DNA from: Gammaproteobacteria bacterium
GTDB lineage: Bacteria; Pseudomonadota; Gammaproteobacteria; UBA6429; Thiohalophilaceae
NCBI GenBank assembly: GCA_031405795.1
Contig: JANNJI010000175.1
Coordinates: forward strand, 1 to 27,706
Direction of reading: 5' to 3'
DNA length: 27,706 nucleotides
Part shown: positions 16,132-25,440 of the stretch, piece after piece
Layout: each line of letters begins with the position of its first letter
Position numbering within the stretch: position 1 is the first letter of the stretch
Program-made: the position numbers and the translations under genes
Notes under the pieces: generated by a model
What the model was told of the DNA's origin: nothing
What the model saw: only the letters and a program-made list of their open reading frames with translations
Databases searched by the model: none

Positions 16132-16844
16132 CATTTCTGATTGAGAGCAGCGGCGAGCGCTTGGGATGCATGTTAAATCCCGGAAGCCTGGTTTTAAGAC
16201 GCCGTGCAGGGATAAAGTCACGTGAGTCAGTTGGCGGATTTATTACGGGCACTGAATTAGCCGATGAGCCATTGCAGTTAACTAATGGTGGCTGCACGGA
16301 GTTGACACTTGATCTGTTATTTGACGTGTCGTTACCAGGCTCATCGATCACGAGCAATGATGTCAGGGACTTAACCCGGCCGCTCTGGAATTTAGCGGAA
16401 AACACCAAGCAAGTCGACATGAACAAAAAACTCCCGTTGTGCTGTTTCCTGTGGGGTAAACAATGGAATATTCCAGGGGTCATCACAGCCATTGCCGAGC
16501 GGCTGGAGTTTTTTACACCGTCTGGTTTACCCAGGCGTTCCTGGTTGCGCCTGATATTAAGGCGTGTTGCCTCATCTGCGACACTGGCGCCAATGAATAA
16601 TATTGAAACTCAATTGCCTGATTTGGAACAAGCGGAATTCGATTTTCAAAATACGCTGATTGCCAGCGAAGAAAGTGATACTGAAGTTAAGATTACCGCG
16701 GTATCCGGTGAACGGTTGGATCAACTTGCCTATCGGTATTATGGTGATACACGATTCTGGCGGCATCTGGCCATATTTAATGATATTACCAATCCGTTGG
16801 ATTTAGCGGGTGGCGATTCAATCGAAGTACCGGCTTTAACATAA
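16119..16844 (+). CDS. Afp7/Pvc7-like tube initiator with C-terminal LysM domain
   Basis: MLNPGSL, TELTLDLLFD, FLWGKQW, ERLEFF..SGLPRR; LysM-like GERLDQLAYRYYGDTRFWRHLAIFNDITNPL. Confidence 0.88.
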   Translation: MERVAFLIESSGERLGCMLNPGSLVLRRRAGIKSRESVGGFITGTELADEPLQLTNGGCTELTLDLLFDVSLPGSSITSNDVRDLTRPLWNLAENTKQVDMNKKLPLCCFLWGKQWNIPGVITAIAERLEFFTPSGLPRRSWLRLILRRVASSATLAPMNNIETQLPDLEQAEFDFQNTLIASEESDTEVKITAVSGERLDQLAYRYYGDTRFWRHLAIFNDITNPLDLAGGDSIEVPALT

Positions 16845-16849
16845 GGATT

Positions 16850-18427
16850 GTGGTTATGGATATGTTAGTTTCGCTGCCGAAGTTAACCATCGAAATAAAT
16901 GGGACGGCTATGTCAGTTGCCGATGGGCGTGTGTTGTCGGGTTTACGGGTTCAACAGCGCCTTTCGTTGCCAACCTTGTGTGAAATGACTTTCATAGATC
17001 CAGATGGAACTATCGCAACGTCAAATCAATTAATAATAGGCGCAGAATTATATATTTCTATTGACAGCCAAAACACATCGCTGTTCCAAGGGCAAATTAC
17101 CGCGATAGAGTATGATTACGGCTCTTCAAATGATAGAACAGTTCGAATACGTGGTTATGATAATCTCCACCAACTTCGTAAACGTCAACCCGTGTGTGCA
17201 CATGTCGAAGTAACCCTTGTTGAATTGGCGCGGACATTTTCAGCGAGCCTAGGGATGTCAGTTGCAGCAACTGAAAGCGGGCCGGTCTGGAAAAAGCTTG
17301 TGCAGTTTCGCCAATCCGATCTGGAATTTATGACGGAACTTTCTGAGCGTTGCGGCTTGTACTTTACGCTACGAAATAATGTGTTGCAGTTTCTGACCTT
17401 AAAAGGGTTTGGCGAACCGGCTCTATTAGCACTGGGTGACTCGTTGCTTGAGGCGCGCGTTGTTGCAAATGGTGATCCTGCATGTCATTCCGTAACAACA
17501 ACAGGATGGGATCCTTGGTTAGCCGCAGAACACAGCGGTTATGCCAGTGTGGCGCGTGTTGGCCGTTCAGTAACTACCGAGATTCCAGCGGACAGCGTTG
17601 GTGGGACAGGTGAGCGGATACTGGTTGACGAAGTTGTTCAAAATGCCAGCCAGGCTGAGGTTATTGCCCAGGCCGAGCTTGATCGACGCGTGGCAGGAGC
17701 GGTGGTTTTTTTTGGCGTTGCTACCGGCAACGCGCAATTGCAGCCAGGTATACCGATCACTGTCAGTGGTATCGCAGATGCGATTAGTGGTAATTATGTA
17801 TTAACAGCGGTTACGCACACGATTGATCATAAACATGGGTTTTTGTCGATACTTGAAACCGCTCCGCCTCCGAACAGCAAAAAGAAACATAGCACGGCAA
17901 CTACCGTGGGTATTGTTACGCGGGTTGACGATCCGGAGGGCCTTGGTCGAATTCGTGTGAAGCTGCCAAATTACAATAATATCGAAACGGATTGGTTACA
18001 AATTGTGGCGCCGGGTGCAGGCAAAGATAAAGGTATTATTGCCTTAAACGACATTGGTGATCGGGTTTTACTTGTGTTTAATCACGGTGATCCTGCACAG
18101 GCTATTGTACTCGGTGGTCTTTATGGCTCTGTGTCACCACCCGATGCGGGTGTGGTCAATGGTGCAATTCGCCGTTATCTTTTTCAGACGCCTGGTGGGC
18201 AACGTATAAAACTGGATGATGAAAAAGATACGGTAGCCATTTCTAACGGCAAAGGCACAACAGTTAGCTTGTCGCCTGGCAGAGCAAAAATCACCAATAG
18301 CGATGGCAGTTATATCGAACTATCCCGTGAAAAACTCACCATCCATTCCAAAGTTAAGCTGGAGATCGAAGCGCCAGGACAGGCAATAGTCATGCGTGGC
18401 CAATCGATTGATTTTGCGAGGGCATGA
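16850..18427 (+). CDS. VgrG-like spike / baseplate hub (Afp8-like, gp27-gp5 fusion)
   Basis: LFQGQITAIE, QFRQSDLEF, YVLTAVTH, OB-fold GIVTRVDDPEGLGRIRVKLP, DIGDRVLLVF..GDPAQAIVLGGLY. Start may be the ATG at 16856 (better RBS spacing). Confidence 0.92.
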   Translation: MVMDMLVSLPKLTIEINGTAMSVADGRVLSGLRVQQRLSLPTLCEMTFIDPDGTIATSNQLIIGAELYISIDSQNTSLFQGQITAIEYDYGSSNDRTVRIRGYDNLHQLRKRQPVCAHVEVTLVELARTFSASLGMSVAATESGPVWKKLVQFRQSDLEFMTELSERCGLYFTLRNNVLQFLTLKGFGEPALLALGDSLLEARVVANGDPACHSVTTTGWDPWLAAEHSGYASVARVGRSVTTEIPADSVGGTGERILVDEVVQNASQAEVIAQAELDRRVAGAVVFFGVATGNAQLQPGIPITVSGIADAISGNYVLTAVTHTIDHKHGFLSILETAPPPNSKKKHSTATTVGIVTRVDDPEGLGRIRVKLPNYNNIETDWLQIVAPGAGKDKGIIALNDIGDRVLLVFNHGDPAQAIVLGGLYGSVSPPDAGVVNGAIRRYLFQTPGGQRIKLDDEKDTVAISNGKGTTVSLSPGRAKITNSDGSYIELSREKLTIHSKVKLEIEAPGQAIVMRGQSIDFARA

Positions 18428-18765
18428 TGAAAATAATGACACAAGATGCAATCGTCGTATGTGCGCATGAAACCGGTATTGTTGGGATTATAGCGACACA
18501 AAACCTGGTGACCGTCACAGGTCGAGGGGTTTTAGTCGAAGCCGATCCGGAACAACGCCCAATTGTGGGCTGCCCAATGGTGGGTGTCGGTATTTTTCCG
18601 TGCCTTCAAACATTGAGAGTCCAGGCTGGTTATTCCGATTTAATTCGAATTGAAAATCGTCGAGTGTGCCTGGATACCGTGACGGGGCTTACCAATGGAA
18701 CACCACCGGGCACCGTCATCTATAAAGTACGCAAACCAGGCCAGGATTTAGTTTCGGAGGTGTAA
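18424..18765 (+). CDS. Probable spike-tip protein (PAAR-like / Afp10 position)
   Basis: Small beta-rich ORF between spike and gp25 with CAH, GCP, PC and VC metal-ligand candidates. No literal PAAR motif. Confidence 0.65.
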   Translation: MMKIMTQDAIVVCAHETGIVGIIATQNLVTVTGRGVLVEADPEQRPIVGCPMVGVGIFPCLQTLRVQAGYSDLIRIENRRVCLDTVTGLTNGTPPGTVIYKVRKPGQDLVSEV

Positions 18766-18766
18766 T

Positions 18767-19183
18767 GTGGCTATAAAAAATCGTGCAGTGTATTTTCACC
18801 ATCCGGATTTCGATTCGATCGACAGCATGGCAGGTTTACAGATTACCAAAAATGGTGGTCTGCAAATGGTTGACGAAGATGCCTCGGTGCGCCAAGCGAT
18901 ATTATTAATATTATCCACTGCAAAAGGCGAACGAGTAATGCGGCATGATTACGGGTGTGATTTGGATCAATTGGCATTTATGCCAACAGATGAGACAACA
19001 CTCGGTCTGGCCATTCATCTTGTACGCCAGGCATTGAGACAATGGGAGCCGAGGATTGATATCCTGCACTTGGATGCGGAGTTTAATAAAAACGAATCCT
19101 CCAGGATGGATATTATGCTGAATTACCGCGTTCGTCGTACTTCAGCCACTGGCAACATGATTTTTCCAATAACTATGTCGTAA
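18767..19183 (+). CDS. GPW/gp25 baseplate wedge protein (Afp9-like)
   Basis: SVRQAILLILSTAKGERVMRHDYGC, ALRQWEPRI. GTG start. Confidence 0.93.
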   Translation: MAIKNRAVYFHHPDFDSIDSMAGLQITKNGGLQMVDEDASVRQAILLILSTAKGERVMRHDYGCDLDQLAFMPTDETTLGLAIHLVRQALRQWEPRIDILHLDAEFNKNESSRMDIMLNYRVRRTSATGNMIFPITMS

Positions 19184-19193
19184 ACAGAATAAT

Positions 19194-21797
19194 ATGACGC
19201 TACCAACGCCTAAACTTGATGACCGCAGATTCGACGACCTTGTCGCTGAGGGACGCCGTAGAATTGCACAACGCTGCCCCGAATGGACCGATTTAACGGT
19301 AAACGATCCTGGCATGATGTTGTTAGATGTATTTGCGTATTTAACAGACATCATGATGTTTCGGTTGAATCAAGTGCCGGAAAAAAATTATGTGCGTTAT
19401 TTACAACTGATTGGTGTGCAAATACAGCCGCCGGCTGCTGCAAGTGTCCGGCTGACATTCAAAGCGAGTCGTCCACAGGATAAGCCATTGGAAATTAAGC
19501 GTGGCACACGGGTGACAACCGCGCATGCAACAGGAAGCTCCGGCTCACCCGTGTTTGTAACTGCAGAGACGATTACTCTGGCCGAGGGTGCAATACAATC
19601 CGAAGTGATGGCCTATCACTGTGACATGATCGAAACAGAATTTGCCGGTTATGGTACCGGCATGCCGGGCTTGGCTATATCCGCACGCCAACCACCTATT
19701 GTTGCGCCGATTGGCGATAGTTTAAACCTTGTTGTTGCCGTTGAGGCTATTCACGAAGAGTTGGAAGTAGGCACCGCAGCGATAAACCATGAAGGAAAAA
19801 CCTATCGAGTTTGGCGTGAGGTGGAAGATTTCAGTAATGTGGGTGATGATAAATATGTTTATGTTGCCGACCGGACCAATGGCGTTATCAATTTTGCCCC
19901 CGCATTGCGCATGCAAAAGAAAGGCGGCGCGTTGGCGGAATTACCAGAAGCCTTGGCAGCCATTCCTAAAGATGGCGCAGGCATTCTGCTGTCATATTTT
20001 CGCGGCGGTGGTATGGAAGGCAATGTCAGTGCCAAAACATTAACTGTACTGAAAGATCCTTTACCCGGTCTTGATGTTAGCAACGCCGACCCTGCCACGG
20101 GTGGGCGTGCAGTCGAAAGCCTGGAAAATGCCTTATTACGAGGTCCGATTGAGCTTCATTCCTTACGTCGGGTGGTGACCGCCAGAGATTTTGAGTTGGT
20201 CGCAACACGCAATTCCGGCGCAATTGAACAAGCGCAGGCCTTTACCAAAGCGACACAATGGTGTTTTGCAACACCTGGCACCGTACAAATATTATTGGTC
20301 CCGCAGGTACCAAAAGAAATGCGCGGGGCATTTGGTCAGGTTACTGTCGAGACGTTACAAAAGCATCAGACCGATACGGCACGCATACAGATACAACAGA
20401 TTATCGATGAAAGAAAGCCCATGGGAATTACCACAGAGGCGATTTGGACACGACTCAAAACGGTTCAAGTAAAGGCGCGTGTTATTGTGCATCGCGAGGA
20501 AGACGCAGCAGCAGTGAAACAGCGTTTATTACAACGACTCTATCAAACCATCAGCCCCTTAGCGACACCACCCAATGTCAAAGCGTGGTCGTTTGGCCGA
20601 TCCTTAACAGGTTGGGATGTTTATAAGATCATGAGTTATGAACCTGGCGTCATCTCTGTCGCGCAGGTTCGTCTTGTCGTTGAGAATGCACCTGATAAAG
20701 CAGTGCGTGCACTCGCCGCAGATATGTATCAGCCTGACACGTGGTATGTTGGTGAAGAAAACATGTGCTTCAGAACATTAAATAATGCCAATGGCTGGGA
20801 AACTGTCGGGCAGTTTAACGGTGAAGTGATCGATTTAATCAAACCGTATCCGCCGGAGATTGGTGCGCTATCAAAACATGCAGGCCTGGTAGCGATTGCG
20901 ACGCGGTTAGATGGAGAAAAGTCTGGCTCACGCTTGCATTTTTCACGTGACTGTGGAGAGAGTTGGGAGTTGGGCCCACAAACGAAATTTCATATTCAAG
21001 ATATGGCTTGGATCGAGCGTGACGGTGTTGCCAATCTATTGCTTGCCACCGAGTTAGGTTTGTTTCAAGTTGAAGCAAAACCCGGTGCGGTGCCGCGACA
21101 AATCGTGGTGGATGAGGCGAGTAAAGATCTTGGTTTTGTGGCGGTGGTTGTCGCGACCGGTGCCTGGGGTGGTACCAGTGTTGCTGTGGCGGCACGCGGC
21201 GAACGAGGTGTGTTTCTTTCATCCGAAGGTGGCCGACCAAATACATTCAAACCAATTGGTCTTGATGGTGAGGTGATTCCTGTACTTGCCGTGCAACGAC
21301 GTGACCTGGATCAATATTTATGGGCGGGGGTTGCTGCGCCCGGAGATCAAGCTGGCACGGGTTGTTATCGTTGGCGCCTGACCGGTTCAGTGGAAAATAA
21401 TGAAGGCTGGCGGCCTTATAACACAGGTTGGAAAGGCGGTAGTTGCCGTTCATTGGCCTTTCAACGTTCGCGTATTTTTGCGGCTACATCACGATTAGGC
21501 GTTTTACGCTTGGATGTGGATGCACAAGATCCAACCTGGTTGATTCCAGACGTGAGTTGTGGATTGCCACTACATGAAGTCGGCAGATTGGAAATTGTGG
21601 ACAGTGTCGTGACAGATCCGGCAGGAAAGTTTGTCATCGCGGCAGGAATAAAAGGTATTTATCGTAGCGAGGACAGTGGTGTTAACTATGTTAAGTGTTC
21701 CAACAATGAGTTTACGGATGAAGTGACGCTGCCAAAAACGTGGTTGTTTTGTTCTGCCGAACATGACATAGAGGTGGTCAGCGAAGATGAAGCATAG
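19194..21797 (+). CDS. Baseplate J-like assembly protein (Afp11-like) with inserted beta-propeller
   Basis: LPTPKLDDRRFDDL, WTDLTVNDPG, RLNQVPEK, NADPATGG..ES, RRVVTARDFE. From about aa 500 there are Asp-box-like motifs (SRDCGESW, SEDSGVNY). Confidence 0.92.
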   Translation: MTLPTPKLDDRRFDDLVAEGRRRIAQRCPEWTDLTVNDPGMMLLDVFAYLTDIMMFRLNQVPEKNYVRYLQLIGVQIQPPAAASVRLTFKASRPQDKPLEIKRGTRVTTAHATGSSGSPVFVTAETITLAEGAIQSEVMAYHCDMIETEFAGYGTGMPGLAISARQPPIVAPIGDSLNLVVAVEAIHEELEVGTAAINHEGKTYRVWREVEDFSNVGDDKYVYVADRTNGVINFAPALRMQKKGGALAELPEALAAIPKDGAGILLSYFRGGGMEGNVSAKTLTVLKDPLPGLDVSNADPATGGRAVESLENALLRGPIELHSLRRVVTARDFELVATRNSGAIEQAQAFTKATQWCFATPGTVQILLVPQVPKEMRGAFGQVTVETLQKHQTDTARIQIQQIIDERKPMGITTEAIWTRLKTVQVKARVIVHREEDAAAVKQRLLQRLYQTISPLATPPNVKAWSFGRSLTGWDVYKIMSYEPGVISVAQVRLVVENAPDKAVRALAADMYQPDTWYVGEENMCFRTLNNANGWETVGQFNGEVIDLIKPYPPEIGALSKHAGLVAIATRLDGEKSGSRLHFSRDCGESWELGPQTKFHIQDMAWIERDGVANLLLATELGLFQVEAKPGAVPRQIVVDEASKDLGFVAVVVATGAWGGTSVAVAARGERGVFLSSEGGRPNTFKPIGLDGEVIPVLAVQRRDLDQYLWAGVAAPGDQAGTGCYRWRLTGSVENNEGWRPYNTGWKGGSCRSLAFQRSRIFAATSRLGVLRLDVDAQDPTWLIPDVSCGLPLHEVGRLEIVDSVVTDPAGKFVIAAGIKGIYRSEDSGVNYVKCSNNEFTDEVTLPKTWLFCSAEHDIEVVSEDEA

Positions 21798-22332
21798 CGA
21801 TATTCAAAAACTACTGCCGGAAGTTTATCAGCGTGGCTTGCAGACGGGTAAACCACTGGATGCATTATTGGATGTCATGATTGGCATGTTTTCGCCGTCA
21901 GAAACGGTATTGGAAAAAATTGATACGTATTTTAGCCCTTATACGGCGCCGGATGCATTTGTCCGCTACCTGGCGAAATGGGTTGATCTTGATCGCTATC
22001 TTGGCACAACAACAGAGCGATCGTCTTCATCACAATTGGCCCCGGTGGTAATAGAACCTGGGCGCTTACGTGAACTTGTTGCGAAAGCGGCAGAGTTGTC
22101 ACAATGGCGTGGCACCGCCAAAGGATTACAGGTTTTTTTAGAAACAGCAACAGGCGTCCGTGGTTTTATAATTGATGAGGCGGTGACAGATAAAGACAGT
22201 ACCAAGCGAGTTTTTCATATTCTGATTCGCGCCCCACAGGCCGCGTCACAATACCAACAACTCATTACCCGAATTGTCAATGGTGAAAAACCGGCATATG
22301 TCACTTACGAACTTGAGTTTAGCCAGATTTAA
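21787..22332 (+). CDS. Phage tail protein (P2 gpI-like) baseplate component
   Basis: LLPEVYQ, FSPYTAPDAFVRYLAKWV, RLRELV, WRGTAKGLQVFLE, EKPAYV. Confidence 0.88.
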   Translation: MKHSDIQKLLPEVYQRGLQTGKPLDALLDVMIGMFSPSETVLEKIDTYFSPYTAPDAFVRYLAKWVDLDRYLGTTTERSSSSQLAPVVIEPGRLRELVAKAAELSQWRGTAKGLQVFLETATGVRGFIIDEAVTDKDSTKRVFHILIRAPQAASQYQQLITRIVNGEKPAYVTYELEFSQI

Positions 22333-22346
22333 CAAGGAGAAAATGT

Positions 22347-23714
22347 ATGGCAACAATAGCTACAATTCAATTGCCAGAAGGTGATCAACGCGTTATCAAG
22401 ATAAAACCAGGCGATCATGTGGAAAAAACCTTTACAGTTTCCAACATATACGGATCACAGTTACGCATCGGCTTTCAATGTCAATTTGACAAACCAGAGC
22501 AAAAAAAATGGGCCAAGCCCAAAGAACCAGTCGAACGTGATTTTGGCGACCAGGGATCAGAGCAAGTCAAACTCGAGATACAGATACCAAAAGATGCCGT
22601 TCCGGGCAAATATAATCTAAAACTGTTGGTTTATTCTTTAAAAGATCCAAATCTTGACTTCACCTTGTCTGATCCCATTGTTGTCGAGGTAACCGCTGTG
22701 GATGCTATCGCGCCAAAGCCAAAACAAATATGGCCGTGGATCGTGGCAGGTGTAACAACACTGCTGATCATTGGTGTAGTGACGTGGATATTACTGCCAA
22801 CAAACGTGATAATCCCCAATCTTGTTGGTAAACCCATTGATGAAGTAACCACGCTGTTAGAAGGCAAAAAAATACCTCTCGGCGAAGTTACCGAAGAAAG
22901 GACCGGCAAGGCACAAGTGGGGGAGGTTTTGTCGCAGTCACCAGCGGCGGATACCACAGTAAAAAAATCGGATCTAAAACCCATAAAATTGGTTGTTGAA
23001 ATATTTTCTGTCGGCGTACCCGACGTAAAAGGGATGACGGTTACTCAAGCCCAGCATGAATTTAAATTGAATGGATTAAAATTGGGTGCTGTCAATGAGC
23101 AAAAAACTGGATCCGCACCCGGTGGAACTGTTTTAAAAACCGATCCGGAAATTGGTACACGTGTAGCACCGGATGCTGAAATTATGTTATCGGTGGAAAC
23201 ACAATCTGTAATCATCCCCAGTGTGGCAGGACAGTTGCTAACGCAAGCCAAGCCGGTACTGGAAGGATTGGGTTTAATGGTTCAAGTGGAACTGGTGAAA
23301 ACCGGGGCGCAAGGCTTACATGTTCTGAGTACACGACCCGTCTCAGCGACTGCTGTAAAACCCGGCTCAACAGTTGTCTTGGTTGTTGAGAAACAGATGT
23401 TGTCTATTCCGAATTTCAGCGGTCAAAACCTGGATAGTGTCGTCAATCAACTCAATAATATGAATCTGCGGTTGGGTGCAGTCAGAAGAGTGTTTGTAAT
23501 TGGTAGGTCTACCAATACAGTTCTGTCGCACATTCCTGCTGCGGGTGCTTCGGTTGATCCGCTTACACCGTTAACTTTTATTGTTACCCAGGGTTCGTCG
23601 ACGATATATCCCTACAAGGCGGTCATTTCACCCACTTTTAATATGAAAAGTATAAATACATTGGGGGTAATACGTCGTGAAGTGGCACCACTGGTGGCGC
23701 CAGAGAAACAATAA
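22347..23714 (+). CDS. Single-pass membrane protein: N-terminal Ig-like domain, TM helix, 4 PASTA domains
   Basis: TM segment IWPWIVAGVTTLLIIGVVTWILL. Four repeats beginning IPNLVG, VPDVKG, IPSVAG, IPNFSG, each ending in a V..Q/T.P..G..V......L.V pattern. Confidence 0.82.
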   Translation: MATIATIQLPEGDQRVIKIKPGDHVEKTFTVSNIYGSQLRIGFQCQFDKPEQKKWAKPKEPVERDFGDQGSEQVKLEIQIPKDAVPGKYNLKLLVYSLKDPNLDFTLSDPIVVEVTAVDAIAPKPKQIWPWIVAGVTTLLIIGVVTWILLPTNVIIPNLVGKPIDEVTTLLEGKKIPLGEVTEERTGKAQVGEVLSQSPAADTTVKKSDLKPIKLVVEIFSVGVPDVKGMTVTQAQHEFKLNGLKLGAVNEQKTGSAPGGTVLKTDPEIGTRVAPDAEIMLSVETQSVIIPSVAGQLLTQAKPVLEGLGLMVQVELVKTGAQGLHVLSTRPVSATAVKPGSTVVLVVEKQMLSIPNFSGQNLDSVVNQLNNMNLRLGAVRRVFVIGRSTNTVLSHIPAAGASVDPLTPLTFIVTQGSSTIYPYKAVISPTFNMKSINTLGVIRREVAPLVAPEKQ

Positions 23715-24161
23715 AGAATGAGAAGCAAATTACATTGTATGGAAAAAATAATGACCATTTTTTGTTTACTCTGGCCGCTGTCTTGAAGCAGGTTAAATGT
23801 ATATGAGGAGAAAGTTATGGCAACAATAACGACGATTCAATTGCCGGAAGGCGATAAACGAAGTATTAAGATAAAACTAGGCGAGCGTGCGGAAAAAACC
23901 TTTACGGTTACTAACGTCTACGGCTCCCGCTTGCGCATTGGCTTTCAAACTCAGTTTGACAGTCCACAGCAAAAGAAATGGGCAAAACCTAAAGAACCGG
24001 TTGAACGTGATTTGGGTGATCAGGGATCAGAACAAGTTACGCTTGTCATCGATGTACCGAAGGATGCGGCGCCTGGCAAATACAACCTTAAATTACTGGT
24101 CTATTCGCTGAAAGATCCCAACCTCGACTTTACGTTGTCAGATCCCATTGTTATAGAGGTT
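22347..24161 (+). repeat. Duplicated N-terminal module (22347-22691 and 23817-24161)
   Basis: Manual alignment gives 95 of 115 identical residues between the two N-termini. Confidence 0.95.
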
Positions 24162-24734
24162 CCTGCACCTGATGTTGTCGCAGCACCTGTGCCGAAAATA
24201 AAAATGTGGCCATGGATACTGGCTGGTGTAGCCGTGTTGCTCATTGTCGGTGGAGTAATTACCTGGGTGATCTTGTCATCGGGAGCGAAAGAGCCGGATG
24301 TGGTGGTCAAACCGCCCCCGCCAGATAAGCCAGCTACCCAGAATCCCCCGGCTGCTCAGCGTGCCTGCCCTTATGGTGCGGACCAATGTCTTCCAGAATT
24401 TGTTTGGCGCGAGGCATTTGCTGGAGACCATGTGTGTGTAACACCCGATGTTCGTGCGCAGACAATGGCTGACAATCGGATGGCCGCATCGAGAAGATCA
24501 GTCAGGGGAGGCGCATATGGGCCGGATACCTGCCTGATGGGCTTTGTTTGGCGCGAGGCCTCGCCGACTGACCATGTTTGTGTCACTGGTCAAACTCGCA
24601 CTCAGGCGAGTAATGACAACTTAGCGGCACGGTCACGACGCGACCCCGAGTGCAATCGCCTGTTACAGATACGTCCATTCAAGGCGATGGAAGGAATACG
24701 CCGTGAGGCACCGCCGCCGGAACCAAACAAATAG
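23817..24734 (+). CDS. Single-pass membrane protein: same N-terminal domain, TM helix, Pro linker, two 48-aa Cys repeats
   Basis: TM segment MWPWILAGVAVLLIVGGVITWVIL. Repeats YGADQCLPEFVWREA...DHVCVT...DN and YGPDTCLMGFVWREA...DHVCVT...DN. Confidence 0.85.
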   Translation: MATITTIQLPEGDKRSIKIKLGERAEKTFTVTNVYGSRLRIGFQTQFDSPQQKKWAKPKEPVERDLGDQGSEQVTLVIDVPKDAAPGKYNLKLLVYSLKDPNLDFTLSDPIVIEVPAPDVVAAPVPKIKMWPWILAGVAVLLIVGGVITWVILSSGAKEPDVVVKPPPPDKPATQNPPAAQRACPYGADQCLPEFVWREAFAGDHVCVTPDVRAQTMADNRMAASRRSVRGGAYGPDTCLMGFVWREASPTDHVCVTGQTRTQASNDNLAARSRRDPECNRLLQIRPFKAMEGIRREAPPPEPNK

Positions 24735-24831
24735 GCTGAATGTGAATAGTTAATACCAGCGCGGTGAATAAATATATGGAAACATGCAAACGGTAACACT
24801 AGAGTCATAAAACAAATAGTATGGAAACAGT

Positions 24832-25410
24832 ATGGATACGAAGAAACTGGTAATAATTGCGTTGGTAATGATGGCGGTCTTGTATCTCGCTGGTGTGGGC
24901 ACGCACTTTGCGTCGAAGGAGTGCGATAACAAAAGCACTGACGCGTGCAAAGACAGCTACATTGCCAAATCCGGCAAGTCGGGAGGAAAAGGCAGCTGGG
25001 AGAAATCGTTGGGCGAGCTGATGTCTCCTTTTGCTCCCGGGCTGCCGGTGGCAAAGTTGCTCGATGATAACAAGACAAGCTGTGACTCAGTGTTGTATCA
25101 ATCACAATACCGGGTGATTCAGTTATCCAGCAGCAAACTGTCGTGCCGGATAGCGATTACGGCATTCACAGAAGATGACTTCCGCAAAGGCACACTGACA
25201 CTGATGGAACCGGCTGGCGCCCGGATCAAAGTGCAGTTTACATCCAATGATCCCGAGGTAAAGTCAGAGAAGGACGAAAATAAGCTGCCCATACTCACTG
25301 ACAATGCACCGGTGAACATCACTGTGATGGCAACGGGGGGGACGCTGGTACTGTCGTGCATGAACTGTAATGGTTCTGGTAACAATCTGGTACGGGTGAA
25401 ATTCAAATGA
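24832..25410 (+). CDS. Hypothetical protein with N-terminal signal/anchor helix
   Basis: MDTKKLVIIALVMMAVLYLAGVG followed by a soluble beta-rich domain with several Cys. Confidence 0.7.
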   Translation: MDTKKLVIIALVMMAVLYLAGVGTHFASKECDNKSTDACKDSYIAKSGKSGGKGSWEKSLGELMSPFAPGLPVAKLLDDNKTSCDSVLYQSQYRVIQLSSSKLSCRIAITAFTEDDFRKGTLTLMEPAGARIKVQFTSNDPEVKSEKDENKLPILTDNAPVNITVMATGGTLVLSCMNCNGSGNNLVRVKFK

Positions 25411-25440
25411 TGTGTAACGAGATGCACACAGGGAAATGAC

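Noticed and set aside
10963-22332. Prophage or canonical T6SS
   Set aside because: No capsid, portal, terminase, integrase or lysis cassette, and no TssJLM/TssBC/ClpV. Pvc16 with two sheaths, two tubes and Afp7 fits eCIS.
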